Positions 11,079 to 21,568 are shown, numbered from the stretch's first letter. The stretch: 34,069 bases of DNA from a virus (IMGVR_UViG_3300010334_000156:1-34069); one strand, 5' to 3'. Numbers and translations are program-made. Notes: a model not told the origin generated them from the sequence alone.

Positions 11079-14000
11079 ATGGAAGACATTCTTTATGTAA
11101 CAGTTTATGGATCTCCGTATGGAATACAGGGCCCAGCAGGAGCTACTGGATCTGTAGGTCCCGGTTCTACTGCTATTGGTCCAACAGGACCCCAAGGAAT
11201 TCCCGGACCTCAAGGTGATGCTGGTCCAATAGGACCCACAGGTCCAATAGGACCTACTGGACCAACAGGTCCACGCGGCCCATCCGGCCCAAGTTATTTT
11301 ACTACTAGTACTACTGGAATTACATTAGATTCTTTATCCATCGGAAGTTCAGTATCGTTTACCATAAATGATACAAACGTTGGTTATTCTACCAACCAAA
11401 CTTTGATTGCTTATGCTAGTGCAAACAATTATTTGGTGGGAACAATAACAAGTTACGGCACAAATACAATCTCTTTAAATGTATTAAAAATTGTTGGTTC
11501 TGGAACATATTCTTCTTGGCAAATAAATTTGTCGGGAGAAATTGGTATCAAAGGAAATACTGGAGCAACTGGTGCTACGGGTGCCCAAGGAAACACTGGT
11601 AACACTGGTGGCACTGGTCCACAAGGAAATACAGGTAATACCGGTGGAACTGGTCCACAAGGAAATACCGGTAATACCGGTGGAACTGGTCCACAAGGAA
11701 ATACCGGTAATACCGGTGGAACTGGGCCACAGGGAATTCAAGGTAATACAGGAAATACAGGTGGTACAGGTCCTCAAGGTCTTCAAGGAAATACCGGTAA
11801 TACCGGTGGAACTGGGCCACAGGGAATTCAAGGTAATACAGGAAATACTGGAAATGATGGTATACAAGGTCCAACAGGAGCAACTGGTGCCACAGGACCA
11901 CAAGGCAACACCGGTGCAACAGGTGCGACTGGTCAGCAGGGACCTACAGGTAATACCGGAGATGTTTATAAATCTACTTCCTTAACATCTGTAACTCTCG
12001 GATCTTTGACCGCAGGAAGTTCTGTTATAATGACAGTCCCTTCTGGACTTGCTTATAGCAAAGTGCAGAGTCTATTAATAGCCGCAAGCATTACACAATA
12101 TTTTAACGCCACAATGGTTAACTATTCTGGTGTTACGCTCACTTTATCTGTTACTGGAGTATCTGGAACTGGAACCCCAAGCAATTGGGATGTAAACCTA
12201 TCGGGTTCAGTAGGTCAGCAGGGTCCGCAGGGTATTCAGGGGAATACTGGATCAAATTCTACTGTGCCCGGACCAACTGGACCAACTGGGCCTACTGGTT
12301 CCCAAGGACAAAAAGGAGATCAAGGATTACAGGGATTGCCGGGAACTAATGGTAAAAATGGTGCTACCGGTAACACTGGTGGCACTGGTCCACAGGGACC
12401 GCAGGGTATCCAAGGTACCACCGGTAACACTGGTGCTACCGGAAACACAGGAGGAACTGGTCCACAAGGTCCTCAAGGCATTCAAGGTACCACTGGTAAT
12501 ACCGGTGCAACTGGTGCTACCGGAAACACAGGAGGAACTGGTCCACAAGGTCCTCAAGGCATTCAAGGCATTCAAGGTACCACTGGTAATACTGGTGCAA
12601 CCGGTGCTACCGGAAACACTGGTGGAACGGGTCCTATAGGAAATACTGGTTTTACTGGTGCAGGATATACTTCTTTATCTACAAAAACTTCTGGTGGTGG
12701 TAGTCAACCAACCACAAATATTCAATTAGGAAGTCAAACATTTATATTTAATCCTGATTTGTATACTGCATTCAATGTAGGTAATAGAGTAAGAATATTC
12801 CAAAAAAATGTAATAACAAATTATATTGAAGGAGATTTAACAGGATTAACTTCATCACCCGGAGTTAATACTTCGTTTACAATCAATGCAAATTATTTAA
12901 ATGGAGATAATACAACATCTACAAATGCATGGACGATGTCTCTTTCTGGAACACAAGGAAATACTGGTGCAACAGGAGCACAAGGAAATACTGGTCCAGT
13001 AGATTCTTATGTAAGAACTTTTAATGGATTAACAGGAGATCTTCAAGGAGTTTCATCAGCATTTGGTGGAACTGGTATTGCTTTGTCAGGATCCACTGGT
13101 GCAATTACAATAACAAATACTGGTGTTCTAAGTTTTAATGGATTGACTGGTAATGTTACTGGGGTTTCAACAGGAATTTCAAATAACTTTGTTGCATTGC
13201 AAACATTTAGTTCTGGAATTTCTGCAAGTGGTGGAATATGTTTTGGAAATGATATAAATGTAAATGGTATAAGAATTGGTAGGGGACCCGGAAACGATAC
13301 TACAAACACTGTAATTGGAACTCAAACGCTTGTAGGTAATTCTGGTGGAGCATACAATGTTGCAATCGGGCCTCTGTCGATGTTTGCAAATATTGTTGGC
13401 TCACAAAATATTGCAATAGGAAATAGTTCGTTATCCGGTACCACCAATACCATAGATTCAATTGCTATAGGTTATAATGCATTGAATACATTGAAAGGTG
13501 GAACATCTAATATTGGTATAGGATCAAATGCTTTACTTAATATGAACAATGGCTATAGCAATATAGCCATCGGAAAATATTCAATGGCTTTGTCAAATTT
13601 TAGTACCAATAGTATAGCAATTGGTGAAAGAAGTTTATATTCGGCAAATACAGGCACTGGAAATATTGGAATAGGTGAAAGGGCTTTATATTATACTACA
13701 TCAAATAGTAATAATATTGGAATAGGTTATTTTGCAGGACAAAGAACAATTTCCAATACTGCAATGAATCCAAGTAATTCTATATTTATTGGATCCAATA
13801 CACGAGGTTTTGTTGGTACTAATGAAATTGTAATTGGACATAATGCACTTGGACTTACGGCTAATGGTATTGTTATAGGAACAACGGCACACACAAACGC
13901 CACCATTTATGGATTATTAAATGCTCCCGGAGGAATTTCTGCACCAAATCTAGTAACACTAAATGGATTGTCTGGTGCAATTAATATTGTTGCTGGATCA

Positions 14001-15314
14001 AATGTTGGTATAAGTTTAATTGGAAACAACAGTATACAAATTTCTTCAAGTGGGTCTGGTGGTTCAAATATAACAAACTATGTTCAATCTTTTAATGGTA
14101 ATACTGGTGATGTACAAGGAGTTAGTTCTCTAACTGGAAGTACTGGAATTGCACTTTCTGGATCTACTGGAAATATTACAGTTTATAATACCGGTGTACA
14201 ATCTTTGATTGCTGGTGGTGCAGTTTCTTTGTCTGGTTCTACGGGCAACATTCAGATAAACAATGATGGTGTCAGGCAGATAATTGGAACTTCAAATCAA
14301 ATTGTTGCGACACCTTCAGGTGGAACTGGAAACGTAACATTAAGTTTGCCAACAAGTCTGTCTAATATTGATGCTATAACAGCAGAATCTAATACTCCTT
14401 TAACTTTATCATCTGGTTGGGCTGGTTCTAATCAAAGTACAATAACCCTAAGTAGAGCTAATATTGATACCAATACCAATTTGAATGTAAATAATGCAAC
14501 TTTAACTGTAAATAATGGAAGTATAAGTATAGTAAATGGTGATGTTGCATTAAGCAATGGAACTGTTAGTTCACCTGCATATGCAGGTAATTTGGTAAAC
14601 TCTTTTAATGGAAAAACCGGAGCGATCCAAGGAGTAGCATCTCTCAGTTGTACTAATACTTCTGGAATAGCATTAAATGGCTCTATTCCTGCTAGTGGTG
14701 TTACTGGTATTATTAGTATAACAAATATGGGAGTAAGAAGTTTAAATAGTAAAACCGGTTCAATGCTTCTATCTGGTTCAACTGGAATTACAGTAACTAC
14801 TTCTATAACCGGACTAATTACCATTGGTCTCACTAATCTTGTTCAAGGCCCAACAGGAGCAACTGGTGCATATGGAATTAATGCCGGTCTCATCTACAAT
14901 TATCTCGGATTGTCTTTGACTTGTCCACAGGTATTTGGTGATCCAGGATCTGGAAACTTTGTATTCTTATCTTGTACAAATTTTGGCGCCGTTTGTAATT
15001 GCTTGGGTTGTGTAGGCAATGCTTGTTATTCAAAAATAAATATCAGTAATTTTGAATATTATTCTGGTACCAATGTTGTAAGTTATTTGGATACATGGAA
15101 TTTTTATCAGGGTCCAGTTTCAGGTAATTGGGGATATTTGATTTTTAGATATTACACACAAGAAAAAACAACATTTGCCATGTACTCCATCAATTCATAT
15201 ACAGTTCCTGCCACAGGAAATTATAGAACGATGGATGTAACATGGATGTCTGGTTCAACTTCAGGAATGCTTACAGGAGATAAGTTCTCCATAACTTATC
15301 TCCCACCAACATGA
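11079..15314 (+). CDS. Collagen-like fibre protein with YadA-head-like repeats (1411 aa)
   Basis: Three G-X-T/G-X-Q tracts; about 14-residue N[IV]AIG repeats (about 13300-13890); GVxSxxGxTG repeats; Cys-rich C-terminal domain. Confidence 0.85.
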   Translation: MEDILYVTVYGSPYGIQGPAGATGSVGPGSTAIGPTGPQGIPGPQGDAGPIGPTGPIGPTGPTGPRGPSGPSYFTTSTTGITLDSLSIGSSVSFTINDTNVGYSTNQTLIAYASANNYLVGTITSYGTNTISLNVLKIVGSGTYSSWQINLSGEIGIKGNTGATGATGAQGNTGNTGGTGPQGNTGNTGGTGPQGNTGNTGGTGPQGNTGNTGGTGPQGIQGNTGNTGGTGPQGLQGNTGNTGGTGPQGIQGNTGNTGNDGIQGPTGATGATGPQGNTGATGATGQQGPTGNTGDVYKSTSLTSVTLGSLTAGSSVIMTVPSGLAYSKVQSLLIAASITQYFNATMVNYSGVTLTLSVTGVSGTGTPSNWDVNLSGSVGQQGPQGIQGNTGSNSTVPGPTGPTGPTGSQGQKGDQGLQGLPGTNGKNGATGNTGGTGPQGPQGIQGTTGNTGATGNTGGTGPQGPQGIQGTTGNTGATGATGNTGGTGPQGPQGIQGIQGTTGNTGATGATGNTGGTGPIGNTGFTGAGYTSLSTKTSGGGSQPTTNIQLGSQTFIFNPDLYTAFNVGNRVRIFQKNVITNYIEGDLTGLTSSPGVNTSFTINANYLNGDNTTSTNAWTMSLSGTQGNTGATGAQGNTGPVDSYVRTFNGLTGDLQGVSSAFGGTGIALSGSTGAITITNTGVLSFNGLTGNVTGVSTGISNNFVALQTFSSGISASGGICFGNDINVNGIRIGRGPGNDTTNTVIGTQTLVGNSGGAYNVAIGPLSMFANIVGSQNIAIGNSSLSGTTNTIDSIAIGYNALNTLKGGTSNIGIGSNALLNMNNGYSNIAIGKYSMALSNFSTNSIAIGERSLYSANTGTGNIGIGERALYYTTSNSNNIGIGYFAGQRTISNTAMNPSNSIFIGSNTRGFVGTNEIVIGHNALGLTANGIVIGTTAHTNATIYGLLNAPGGISAPNLVTLNGLSGAINIVAGSNVGISLIGNNSIQISSSGSGGSNITNYVQSFNGNTGDVQGVSSLTGSTGIALSGSTGNITVYNTGVQSLIAGGAVSLSGSTGNIQINNDGVRQIIGTSNQIVATPSGGTGNVTLSLPTSLSNIDAITAESNTPLTLSSGWAGSNQSTITLSRANIDTNTNLNVNNATLTVNNGSISIVNGDVALSNGTVSSPAYAGNLVNSFNGKTGAIQGVASLSCTNTSGIALNGSIPASGVTGIISITNMGVRSLNSKTGSMLLSGSTGITVTTSITGLITIGLTNLVQGPTGATGAYGINAGLIYNYLGLSLTCPQVFGDPGSGNFVFLSCTNFGAVCNCLGCVGNACYSKINISNFEYYSGTNVVSYLDTWNFYQGPVSGNWGYLIFRYYTQEKTTFAMYSINSYTVPATGNYRTMDVTWMSGSTSGMLTGDKFSITYLPPT
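11589..11850 (+). repeat. Tandem 36/45-bp coding repeats in a collagen tract
   Basis: Units of ggaaataccggtaataccggtggaactggtccacaa ([12 protein letters not shown]) repeated with variants. Confidence 0.8.
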
Positions 15315-15320
15315 TAAATA
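15313..15320 (+). promoter_or_regulatory. Late promoter (GATAAATA)
   Basis: One mismatch to TATAAATA, 7 nt before ATG 15328. Confidence 0.6.
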
Positions 15321-15327
15321 GGAAGTA

Positions 15328-17124
15328 ATGTTCTTCGGAAAGAACAAAACATCTTTAAAATTGGTCAAGCCGCATCCAGAACTGCTGCAAGGCTGTGAAT
15401 ATCATATAATTGAAAATGCTTTCAATCCCAAAAAAATTAAAATGGGTTCTGGACTTGCAAAACTTTATTTAAGAAGTCCAGATGGTGAAGAATATCTTGT
15501 AGAAGGAAACATCTCAAAAATAAAAGAAATGTTCTCTGCTGCAAAAACATATGAATCATTGCAGGGTAGAATTTTTAAAGTCAAACGATCTGTTGCAAGT
15601 TTGATGGAAAATCAACTTCTAAAAGAAATATCTCCTTGCCAATATGATGAAAAACTTCAATTAGGAAATGGTATCAGTGAACATTATTTTATACAAAAGA
15701 ATAATGATAAGATTGTCAAGATATATGGCAATTCAAACCAAATCAAAACTCTTTTTGAAGAAGTTGTAATCCCACAGAAAATACAACCAAAACCAGTATT
15801 ACCACAAACAAAAATTGAAGTTGTTGAAAAAGTAATAATAAAAGAAACAACGCCTGTCATTGGTGCCCAAGGTTTTCAAGGTGAAAAAGGAGATCAAGGT
15901 CCACAAGGTGAGCGTGGTCCTATGGGACTCCAAGGACCAAAAGGTGAACGTGGTCCACAGGGTGAACAAGGCGAAATTGGAGACCGAGGACCAAAAGGCG
16001 ATCATGGCGAACCCGGTTTGCAAGGTATTCAAGGTCCTAAAGGAGAAAAGGGTGATAAAGGCGATCAAGGCGATCAAGGATTGGTTGGTCCAAGAGGTCC
16101 TAAAGGTGATCAGGGGATTCAAGGAATCCAAGGAGAAAAAGGAGAGCAGGGGATACCCGGTAAAGACGGAGATCGTGGTGAAATTGGACCTCAGGGGCCA
16201 GTTGGTACCCAAGGTCTCCGTGGAGAAAAAGGAGATAAAGGTGATAGAGGATCTGTGGGCCCTGAAGGTCCTGCTGGACCAAGAGGCGAACAAGGCCCTG
16301 TAGGACCTGCTGGAAATGATGGAAATTCTCCCGTTGTAGAAGCACAATTCCCGTTAATATTAGAAGATGGAAAGTTGTCTTTTGACTCAGATCATGTAGC
16401 AGGAATATTGGATCAATTCAAGAATACTGACATTCAAAATGCTCTCAATAATATTGCCAAATCCAATATTCCTGGTGGTGGTGCCGTAGGAATAGTAACA
16501 AAAGATAGTTTTGGGAATGACAAGAGAATTATAAAATCTGTAAGTGATCTTATTTTTACTGGATCCGGTGTTAATATAATACCAAGAAGAAAAAATGTAG
16601 AAATTAATATTCCGGGAAGTTCTGGTGGAGGTGGTATTTCCTCGGTAAACGGTATTTCTGGTGATACATTTGGGAATGTAAATGTAAAAAGTCTAATCAA
16701 TGGGGCTTCTGTACTTAGTCTTGGAGCCACAGGAAGCGTATTGCTACCAAATGGTGCAATGCTTGGTGATGCTTTTAATACTGGTTATGGTATAGATTTA
16801 AAAGCTCCAACTGGGGGACTTGGATATGCTGAACTAGTTAGCAATGATTTGAATTCATATGTTTATGTTTCTAATAATGAAATTGGAATTGGAATCACTA
16901 GTTATATTTGGACATTTGATAATACAGGTGCATTATCATTACCAGTTGGTGGTTATTTTAAATTTGCAAATGGCACCACTCAAGGTTTTGCAGCTCCAAA
17001 ATTTACAGAAGCCACTTCTGCACCCTCTATCCAAGTACCGGGAGATCGTTGGTTTAATACAAACACTGGAATTTTATATACCGCAATTACAGGTGCATCG
17101 GGATATATTTGGGTTCAACTATAA
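15328..17124 (+). CDS. Collagen-like protein with charged G-X-Y tract (598 aa)
   Basis: 52 uninterrupted G-X-Y triplets (15862-16329; GEK, GDQ, GER, GPK); C-terminal APS...[11 protein letters not shown] motif common in phage fibres. Confidence 0.85.
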   Translation: MFFGKNKTSLKLVKPHPELLQGCEYHIIENAFNPKKIKMGSGLAKLYLRSPDGEEYLVEGNISKIKEMFSAAKTYESLQGRIFKVKRSVASLMENQLLKEISPCQYDEKLQLGNGISEHYFIQKNNDKIVKIYGNSNQIKTLFEEVVIPQKIQPKPVLPQTKIEVVEKVIIKETTPVIGAQGFQGEKGDQGPQGERGPMGLQGPKGERGPQGEQGEIGDRGPKGDHGEPGLQGIQGPKGEKGDKGDQGDQGLVGPRGPKGDQGIQGIQGEKGEQGIPGKDGDRGEIGPQGPVGTQGLRGEKGDKGDRGSVGPEGPAGPRGEQGPVGPAGNDGNSPVVEAQFPLILEDGKLSFDSDHVAGILDQFKNTDIQNALNNIAKSNIPGGGAVGIVTKDSFGNDKRIIKSVSDLIFTGSGVNIIPRRKNVEINIPGSSGGGGISSVNGISGDTFGNVNVKSLINGASVLSLGATGSVLLPNGAMLGDAFNTGYGIDLKAPTGGLGYAELVSNDLNSYVYVSNNEIGIGITSYIWTFDNTGALSLPVGGYFKFANGTTQGFAAPKFTEATSAPSIQVPGDRWFNTNTGILYTAITGASGYIWVQL

Positions 17125-17132
17125 CATAAATA
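17125..17132 (+). promoter_or_regulatory. Late promoter (CATAAATA)
   Basis: Immediately after the stop at 17124, 9 nt before ATG 17142. Confidence 0.6.
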
Positions 17133-17141
17133 TTAAGAACA

Positions 17142-18308
17142 ATGCCTATTGATTTCCCCCCATCTCCCTCTGCTGGTGCAACCTATTCATATGGTGGTAT
17201 TCTTTGGACTTATAATGGTATAGCATGGGATAAGACCACTGGATCCGGGAGTGGTAACACTGGCAGTACTGGTCCACAAGGTAACACTGGTGCTACTGGT
17301 AATACTGGTGGTACTGGTCCTCAAGGTATTCAGGGAACAACTGGTAACACTGGTGGTACTGGTCCTCAAGGTATTCAGGGTATTCAAGGTATTCAAGGTA
17401 TTCAGGGAACTACTGGTAACACTGGTGGTACTGGTCCTCAAGGTATTCAAGGTATTCAGGGCATTCAGGGTATTCAGGGAACTACTGGTAACACTGGTGC
17501 TACTGGACCCGTTGGTCCTTATGTAATTTCTTTCAATGGTCTCACTGGTGATGTAACTGGAGTAACCACAGGAACCACAAATACCTTTGTTGCCCTTCAA
17601 TCTTTCACAACAGGAATTTCTGCATCTGGTGGTGTGACTCTTGCAGGAACACTTCAGGGAACAACATCATCTTTCACAGGACTCGTATCCTCTACTGTTG
17701 GTTTTTCTGGTCTAGGAACAAATATTACTGGAGTTGTCACTTCATTCAACAATCAGACTGGTGCTGTTACTGGTGTTGGAAGTTTTAACGGTAATACTGG
17801 TTCTCTACAAGGTGTATCAAGTTGGAATGGTCAAACTGGAGCAGTAACATTTACCAACTATGTCTCAAGTTTCAATAATAGTACTGGTGCTGTTACTGGT
17901 ATTGGAAGTTTCAATGGATTGACTGGTGCGGTTCAGGGTGTCTCAAGTTTCAATGGATTGACAGGTTCTGTTTTTGCAGATGCGGTTCCGTGGTCAGTAA
18001 TTACTTCCGATCAAACTGCAGCAGTAAACAATGGGTACTTTACAAACAAAGCAAGTCTTCTCACACTCACTCTCCCAACTACTTCGGCTGTTGGTTCTGT
18101 TTTACGTATAAGTGGAATGAATTCCGGAGGATGGAAAATTGCACAAAATGCATCTGGAGTAATTCACTTTGGAAAGACTGATACCACAGTTGGTAGTGGT
18201 GGATATATTCAAAGTACTTTGGCAAGAGATTCTGTTGAATTAATATGCTGCGTCGCAAACAATGAATGGAATGTTATTAGTTCAATAGGAAATATTACAA
18301 TCGTATGA
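17142..18308 (+). CDS. Short collagen-like fibre protein (388 aa)
   Basis: N-terminal DFPxSP...WTYNGIAW motif, G-X-T/GIQ tract, SFNGxTGxV repeats, C-terminal NNGYFT...TLTLP...G domain resembling T4 gp9/gp10/gp34-type modules. Confidence 0.8.
   Translation: MPIDFPPSPSAGATYSYGGILWTYNGIAWDKTTGSGSGNTGSTGPQGNTGATGNTGGTGPQGIQGTTGNTGGTGPQGIQGIQGIQGIQGTTGNTGGTGPQGIQGIQGIQGIQGTTGNTGATGPVGPYVISFNGLTGDVTGVTTGTTNTFVALQSFTTGISASGGVTLAGTLQGTTSSFTGLVSSTVGFSGLGTNITGVVTSFNNQTGAVTGVGSFNGNTGSLQGVSSWNGQTGAVTFTNYVSSFNNSTGAVTGIGSFNGLTGAVQGVSSFNGLTGSVFADAVPWSVITSDQTAAVNNGYFTNKASLLTLTLPTTSAVGSVLRISGMNSGGWKIAQNASGVIHFGKTDTTVGSGGYIQSTLARDSVELICCVANNEWNVISSIGNITIV
17531..17642 (+). repeat. 112-bp exact direct repeat, copy 1 (copy 2 at 19875..19986)
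   Basis: tttcaatggtctcactggtgatgtaactgg...tctggtggtgtgactctt is identical at both positions (compared by eye). Confidence 0.9.
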
Positions 18309-19018
18309 GTGTATTTACAGGAATATCTTCAATTACTGGTGTTGGTACTATTAGTAATATTGGTCGTATGATTGCATCAGGTCTAGTTCTAGACATTGAT
18401 GCAGGAAATCCTGCAAGTTATAGTGGATCAGGAACTACTTGGATTGATTTGAGTGGTAATAATAATAATGGTACCATAGTTAATAGTCCTACATATACAT
18501 CTGCTGGACCCAGTAGTTATTTTAGTTTTGGAAGTGGTCCATCCCAAAGGACCAGTTTTACTTATCAAACTCCAATACAATCAGCATCTACGGCATTTAC
18601 TTGGGATATATGGGTTTATCCTGTTGCAAATCAAGACGGATATGTTCTAATGGGTTATAGAGGAACTACACCTTTAGAGTTTTACAAAATAACCACTCAA
18701 AAATTTGAAATGTATCCTGCAGAAATATTTTATCTATTACCTCTCAATGTTTGGCAAAATGTTACTGCTGTTTATGACGGCTCACAAAGTGGAACTAATA
18801 ATATGAAACTTTATGTAAATGGAGCCAATCTAGGATTACGAGATTCGGATCAGCCAACTTTTAAAACGAGTGCAATGCCATTTTATGTCGGTGGGGATCC
18901 TACTGCAGGTGAATATGCTACTGCAAGAATTAATAGAGTTGCAGTATACAATCGCGCTTTATCACAAACAGAAATTACCAAAAATTTTAATACATTTAGA
19001 GGAAGATTTAATCTATGA
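18305..19018 (+). CDS. LamG/concanavalin A-like lectin-fold protein
   Basis: [32 protein letters not shown]...[10 protein letters not shown]...KLYVNG...[11 protein letters not shown] is the typical phage LamG-like pattern. Confidence 0.85.
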   Translation: MSVFTGISSITGVGTISNIGRMIASGLVLDIDAGNPASYSGSGTTWIDLSGNNNNGTIVNSPTYTSAGPSSYFSFGSGPSQRTSFTYQTPIQSASTAFTWDIWVYPVANQDGYVLMGYRGTTPLEFYKITTQKFEMYPAEIFYLLPLNVWQNVTAVYDGSQSGTNNMKLYVNGANLGLRDSDQPTFKTSAMPFYVGGDPTAGEYATARINRVAVYNRALSQTEITKNFNTFRGRFNL

Positions 19019-19039
19019 GTATATATAATATATTCATTG

Positions 19040-19047
19040 AATAAATA
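19040..19047 (+). promoter_or_regulatory. Putative late promoter (AATAAATA)
   Basis: One mismatch to the consensus, 12 nt before ATG 19060; the very AT-rich context lowers specificity. Confidence 0.45.
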
Positions 19048-19059
19048 TATATAGTACAT

Positions 19060-20673
19060 ATGGCAAAGCAATCATCAGTAAACCTTGATATAACAAACAA
19101 TCCGGATGGATTTGACATCTCAGGTGGTACTGTAGTTAGAAAACTGGGTATTACTGGTGGGGATGTAACTATTGCTGGTTCGGGTTCGGCTGTTATTACA
19201 TTTCCTACTACTTCAACGACTATCGCTGGTCTTAGTATTACACAATCATTTAGTGCGCTACAATCTTTTAGTTCGGGTCTTAGTGCTGCTGGAGGAGTTA
19301 CTTTATCATCAAATGTAACTATTCCCTCTGGTTCAACTTTTACGGTTAATGGAAATTTTATTGCCAATGGAAACGTAAATCTTGGTGATGCGATAACAGA
19401 TGCAATTACTGTTACTGGTCTTTTGGCGGCAAATGGAGGATTGAGTGCTGCGGGTGGAACTTTTAGTGGAACACAAACTTTTATAAACGGAGCTACATTT
19501 CAAGGAAATATAACAGCACCAAATATAGTTACAAGTTTCAACGGTCTGACCGGTTCCGTTACAGGCGTTACTACAGGAATTGTAAATACCTTTGTTGCTC
19601 TTCAATCTTTCACAACAGGAATTTCTGCTTCTGGTGGTGTAACCTTTGCAGGAACTTTGCAGGGAACCACTTCAAACTTTACAGGACTTGTATCATCAAC
19701 TGTTGGATTCTCTGGTCCCGGAACAAATATTACTGGAGTTGTTACTTCATTCAACAATCAGACTGGTGCTGTTAGTGGTGTTGGAAGTTTCAATGGTAAT
19801 ACTGGTGCAGTTCAAGGTGTCTCAAGTTGGAATGGTCAAACCGGAGCAGTATCGTTTACAAATTATGTCTCAAGTTTCAATGGTCTCACTGGTGATGTAA
19901 CTGGAGTAACCACAGGAACCACAAATACCTTTGTTGCCCTTCAATCTTTCACAACAGGAATTTCTGCATCTGGTGGTGTGACTCTTTCTGGAACGCTTAA
20001 AGGTTCTACAGCAACATTTACAGGGGATTTTAATGCAGTTGGTGGAACATTCTCTGGCCAATTAAATGCTCAAAATCTTAAAGTATTGACTGTTGGTGGT
20101 AATGAGGGTGGACAATTAGATTTTGGTTTAGCTGCAACTGGAAATAGCCTAACGGGTGGAATTGCAATAGATGTATATCAGAATAAACTTCGATTTTTTG
20201 AAACTGGTGGAAACAACAAAGGTGCTTATATTGATTTGACTGCTACTGCATCAAGTGTTGGAACAAATCTATTATCACTTTCATCTGGTCAATCATTCAT
20301 AGGTTCGAATGTAAATTTGTCCACATCTACTTGGACTGACATAACAAGTTTATCATTAGCGTCTGGAACTTGGATGGTTTCGGTTACTGCAACATTTGGT
20401 CGTGGTTCAGGAACAACTGCTCGTACTTTTTCTTTGCAAATTACTGATGGAATCACTACTTATGCATCAGCTTCACACGGTATGGCAGGTGTACAAGGAA
20501 ATGCAACTCAAGTATCTTGCAATTCAATAATTACTTTGACAAATACAACAACAATTAAAATGCAGGGAACAACAACCGTAACATCAAGCCCAGTTGATTA
20601 TGCATCTGCTACCGATGTCATTATGGGTGTTAGTAGTGCTACTGGATTAATAGCAGTACGAATTGGTTCATGA
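19060..20673 (+). CDS. Tail-fibre-like protein (537 aa, no collagen tract)
   Basis: G/S/T-rich; SFNGxTGxV and [18 protein letters not shown] repeats shared with 17142..18308; C-terminal beta-rich head (SLSLASGTWMVSVTATF). Confidence 0.75.
   Translation: MAKQSSVNLDITNNPDGFDISGGTVVRKLGITGGDVTIAGSGSAVITFPTTSTTIAGLSITQSFSALQSFSSGLSAAGGVTLSSNVTIPSGSTFTVNGNFIANGNVNLGDAITDAITVTGLLAANGGLSAAGGTFSGTQTFINGATFQGNITAPNIVTSFNGLTGSVTGVTTGIVNTFVALQSFTTGISASGGVTFAGTLQGTTSNFTGLVSSTVGFSGPGTNITGVVTSFNNQTGAVSGVGSFNGNTGAVQGVSSWNGQTGAVSFTNYVSSFNGLTGDVTGVTTGTTNTFVALQSFTTGISASGGVTLSGTLKGSTATFTGDFNAVGGTFSGQLNAQNLKVLTVGGNEGGQLDFGLAATGNSLTGGIAIDVYQNKLRFFETGGNNKGAYIDLTATASSVGTNLLSLSSGQSFIGSNVNLSTSTWTDITSLSLASGTWMVSVTATFGRGSGTTARTFSLQITDGITTYASASHGMAGVQGNATQVSCNSIITLTNTTTIKMQGTTTVTSSPVDYASATDVIMGVSSATGLIAVRIGS
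19875..19986 (+). repeat. 112-bp exact direct repeat, copy 2
   Basis: Identical to 17531..17642. Confidence 0.9.
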
Positions 20674-20692
20674 TATAATTTTTAATTATAAG

Positions 20693-20720
20693 TTGACAAT
20701 TTATATTTTAAAGATATAAT
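20693..20720 (+). promoter_or_regulatory. Sigma70-like promoter with consensus hexamers, probably leaderless
   Basis: TTGACA-16 bp-TATAAT, then 6 nt, then ATG 20727. Confidence 0.85.
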
Positions 20721-20726
20721 AGTAAT

Positions 20727-21245
20727 ATGATTCTAGAATATTTTAAAGCACATCAAAACGTAGTTGATCCAAATTTTCAAACCCAAATGGCAGCTTGTTT
20801 TGATCTTGGTGCTTTTATTCCCAAAGATGAAAAAGTAAAAATTTACGAAGGTAAAGAGTTTACGGAAGTTGAACCTCAATATGACAATGATAAGGAAGAT
20901 TATTATATCCTTCTCATGCCCGGAGAACGGGCTATGGTGCGTACTGGATTGACATTTAATCTTCCAACCGATTATTCACTTAGAATCCATCCTAGGTCGG
21001 GCATGGCGCTCAAATACGGTCTTACCCTCGCTAATTGTGAGGGTGTGGTTGATGAGGACTATACTTATGAGACCAAACTGATTGTATTGAACACAAATAC
21101 TCAAGACTCTATTAAGATCTATAATAGAGACCGAATTGCTCAGGCTGAACTAGTCAAATATGAGCAGTGCAAATTTGCAGAGATCTATGAACAACCCGGC
21201 CTGAAGACAGACCGGGTTGGTGGGTTTGGATCTACTGGAAAATAA
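20727..21245 (+). CDS. dut: Trimeric dUTPase
   Basis: Motifs AACFDL, PRSGMALK, GVVDEDY, DRIAQ, RVGGFGSTG. Confidence 0.95.
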   Translation: MILEYFKAHQNVVDPNFQTQMAACFDLGAFIPKDEKVKIYEGKEFTEVEPQYDNDKEDYYILLMPGERAMVRTGLTFNLPTDYSLRIHPRSGMALKYGLTLANCEGVVDEDYTYETKLIVLNTNTQDSIKIYNRDRIAQAELVKYEQCKFAEIYEQPGLKTDRVGGFGSTGK

Positions 21246-21557
21246 TTATTTTGGTTGTTCTGTTTCTATTGAAACCGGAGTAACTGTTTTTAATACAGAA
21301 GTTGTATCAGGTTCTTCTTCAAGACAATTGATGGGTTTCTTTATTAAATTTCTGTATCCCCACATAATTCCAAGAATGGCCACAGGGCCATACCAGAATA
21401 ACCAACCATAAGTTGGTTTAACACCGCCGGGTTGTGAAATCTGATCTTTAAGTTGCATCATTACAACATTATCGGCAGTTGTATCTGGTACAATTGAAGG
21501 TTCGGTAGAGCAGCCAGTTATGATTACTGTTAATAATAGTGGTTTTAAAAATTTCAT
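21246..21557 (-). CDS. Lipoprotein with C-terminal transmembrane segment (unimolecular-spanin-like architecture)
   Basis: Signal MKFLKPLLLTVIITG|C with lipobox ITGC; hydrophobic GWLFWYGPVAILGIMWGY followed by RNLIKK; GGAG RBS upstream on the minus strand. Confidence 0.55.
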   Translation of the reverse strand: MKFLKPLLLTVIITGCSTEPSIVPDTTADNVVMMQLKDQISQPGGVKPTYGWLFWYGPVAILGIMWGYRNLIKKPINCLEEEPDTTSVLKTVTPVSIETEQPK

Positions 21558-21568
21558 TTGGGTACTCC

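Noticed and set aside
11589-11850. 36-bp periodic repeats resembling a CRISPR array
   Set aside because: The units are contiguous with no unique spacers and encode in-frame G-X-Y; no cas genes are present.
8555-17600. Many 70-180 aa alternate-frame and antisense ORFs over the collagen tracts
   Set aside because: Shadow ORFs caused by repetitive GGN-rich codons that lack stops in other frames; low-complexity translations with no supporting start signals.
19019-19059. AT-rich palindromic intergenic stretch (tattcattgaata) as an operator or origin
   Set aside because: Short and almost all A/T, so likely to arise by chance; no second copy seen.
17531-19986. Repeat pair as a diversity-generating retroelement TR/VR or an invertible segment
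   Set aside because: The copies are identical direct repeats inside coding regions, with no adenine-specific mismatches; no reverse transcriptase or invertase is in the window.
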